A DNA stretch of 62,630 nucleotides, counting the filler, from Sphacelaria rigidula (taxonomy: Eukaryota), in NCBI GenBank assembly GCA_964200075.2. It is 6 parts of 6 records of this genome, joined end to end, with 100 filler letters (N's around TTAATTAATTAA, not from the genome) between each part and the next. Parts side by side here need not be neighbours in the genome. Positions count along the whole stretch, not along the records: positions 52,277 to 62,630 come from CAXNAA020006670.1; 5 more parts are not named here. The stretch is one strand, 5' to 3'. Made by a program: the position numbers and the translations under genes. Positions 62,624-62,630 of the stretch are shown one piece after another (position 1 is the first letter of the stretch; the number at the start of each line of letters is the position of its first letter). The notes under the pieces are model-generated. The model was not told the origin of the DNA and did no database searches. It was given only the letters and a program-made list of their open reading frames with translations.

Positions 62624-62630
62624 TCCGCAC
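62556..62630 (-). repeat. (TTA)n microsatellite, tail of the same retroposon family, at the contig end
   Basis: Pure TTA run followed by TTTCCGCAC. Confidence 0.8.

Overview
Eukaryotic, repeat-rich genomic DNA, not prokaryotic. The window is six unrelated contigs of 10,354-10,356 bp joined by artificial 100-bp spacers (N44-TTAATTAATTAA-N44). Short GT-AG exons, long TE-filled introns and the style of the repeats suggest a brown alga or other stramenopile, but that is inference. Almost all ORFs in the supplied track are spurious. By chaining phase-compatible exons I reconstructed three partial genes: (i) a PP2C/PPM phosphatase (minus strand, 8 exons, 22429-30738), (ii) the tail of a probable myosin, with tandem IQ motifs followed by a DUF3490/NACK_C-like segment (plus strand, 42665-50802), and (iii) a low-complexity orphan gene (85-4382). 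There are also two possible terminal exons (34150-34497) and a decayed protein-kinase pseudogene (about 61810-62532). Repeats include a 6.8-kb satellite of 236/237-bp units with two interspersed variants, a modular G-rich array with a ~365-bp period, a 42/84-bp dyad-bearing array, a hAT-type MITE with a perfect 8-bp TSD, a MITE family with 4-bp TSDs, several long foldback elements, a tRNA-derived SINE (one locus tandemly duplicated) and non-LTR retroposon tails. No rRNA, intact tRNA or CRISPR array was found, and I cannot demonstrate a complete novel system. The best leads are listed as findings.
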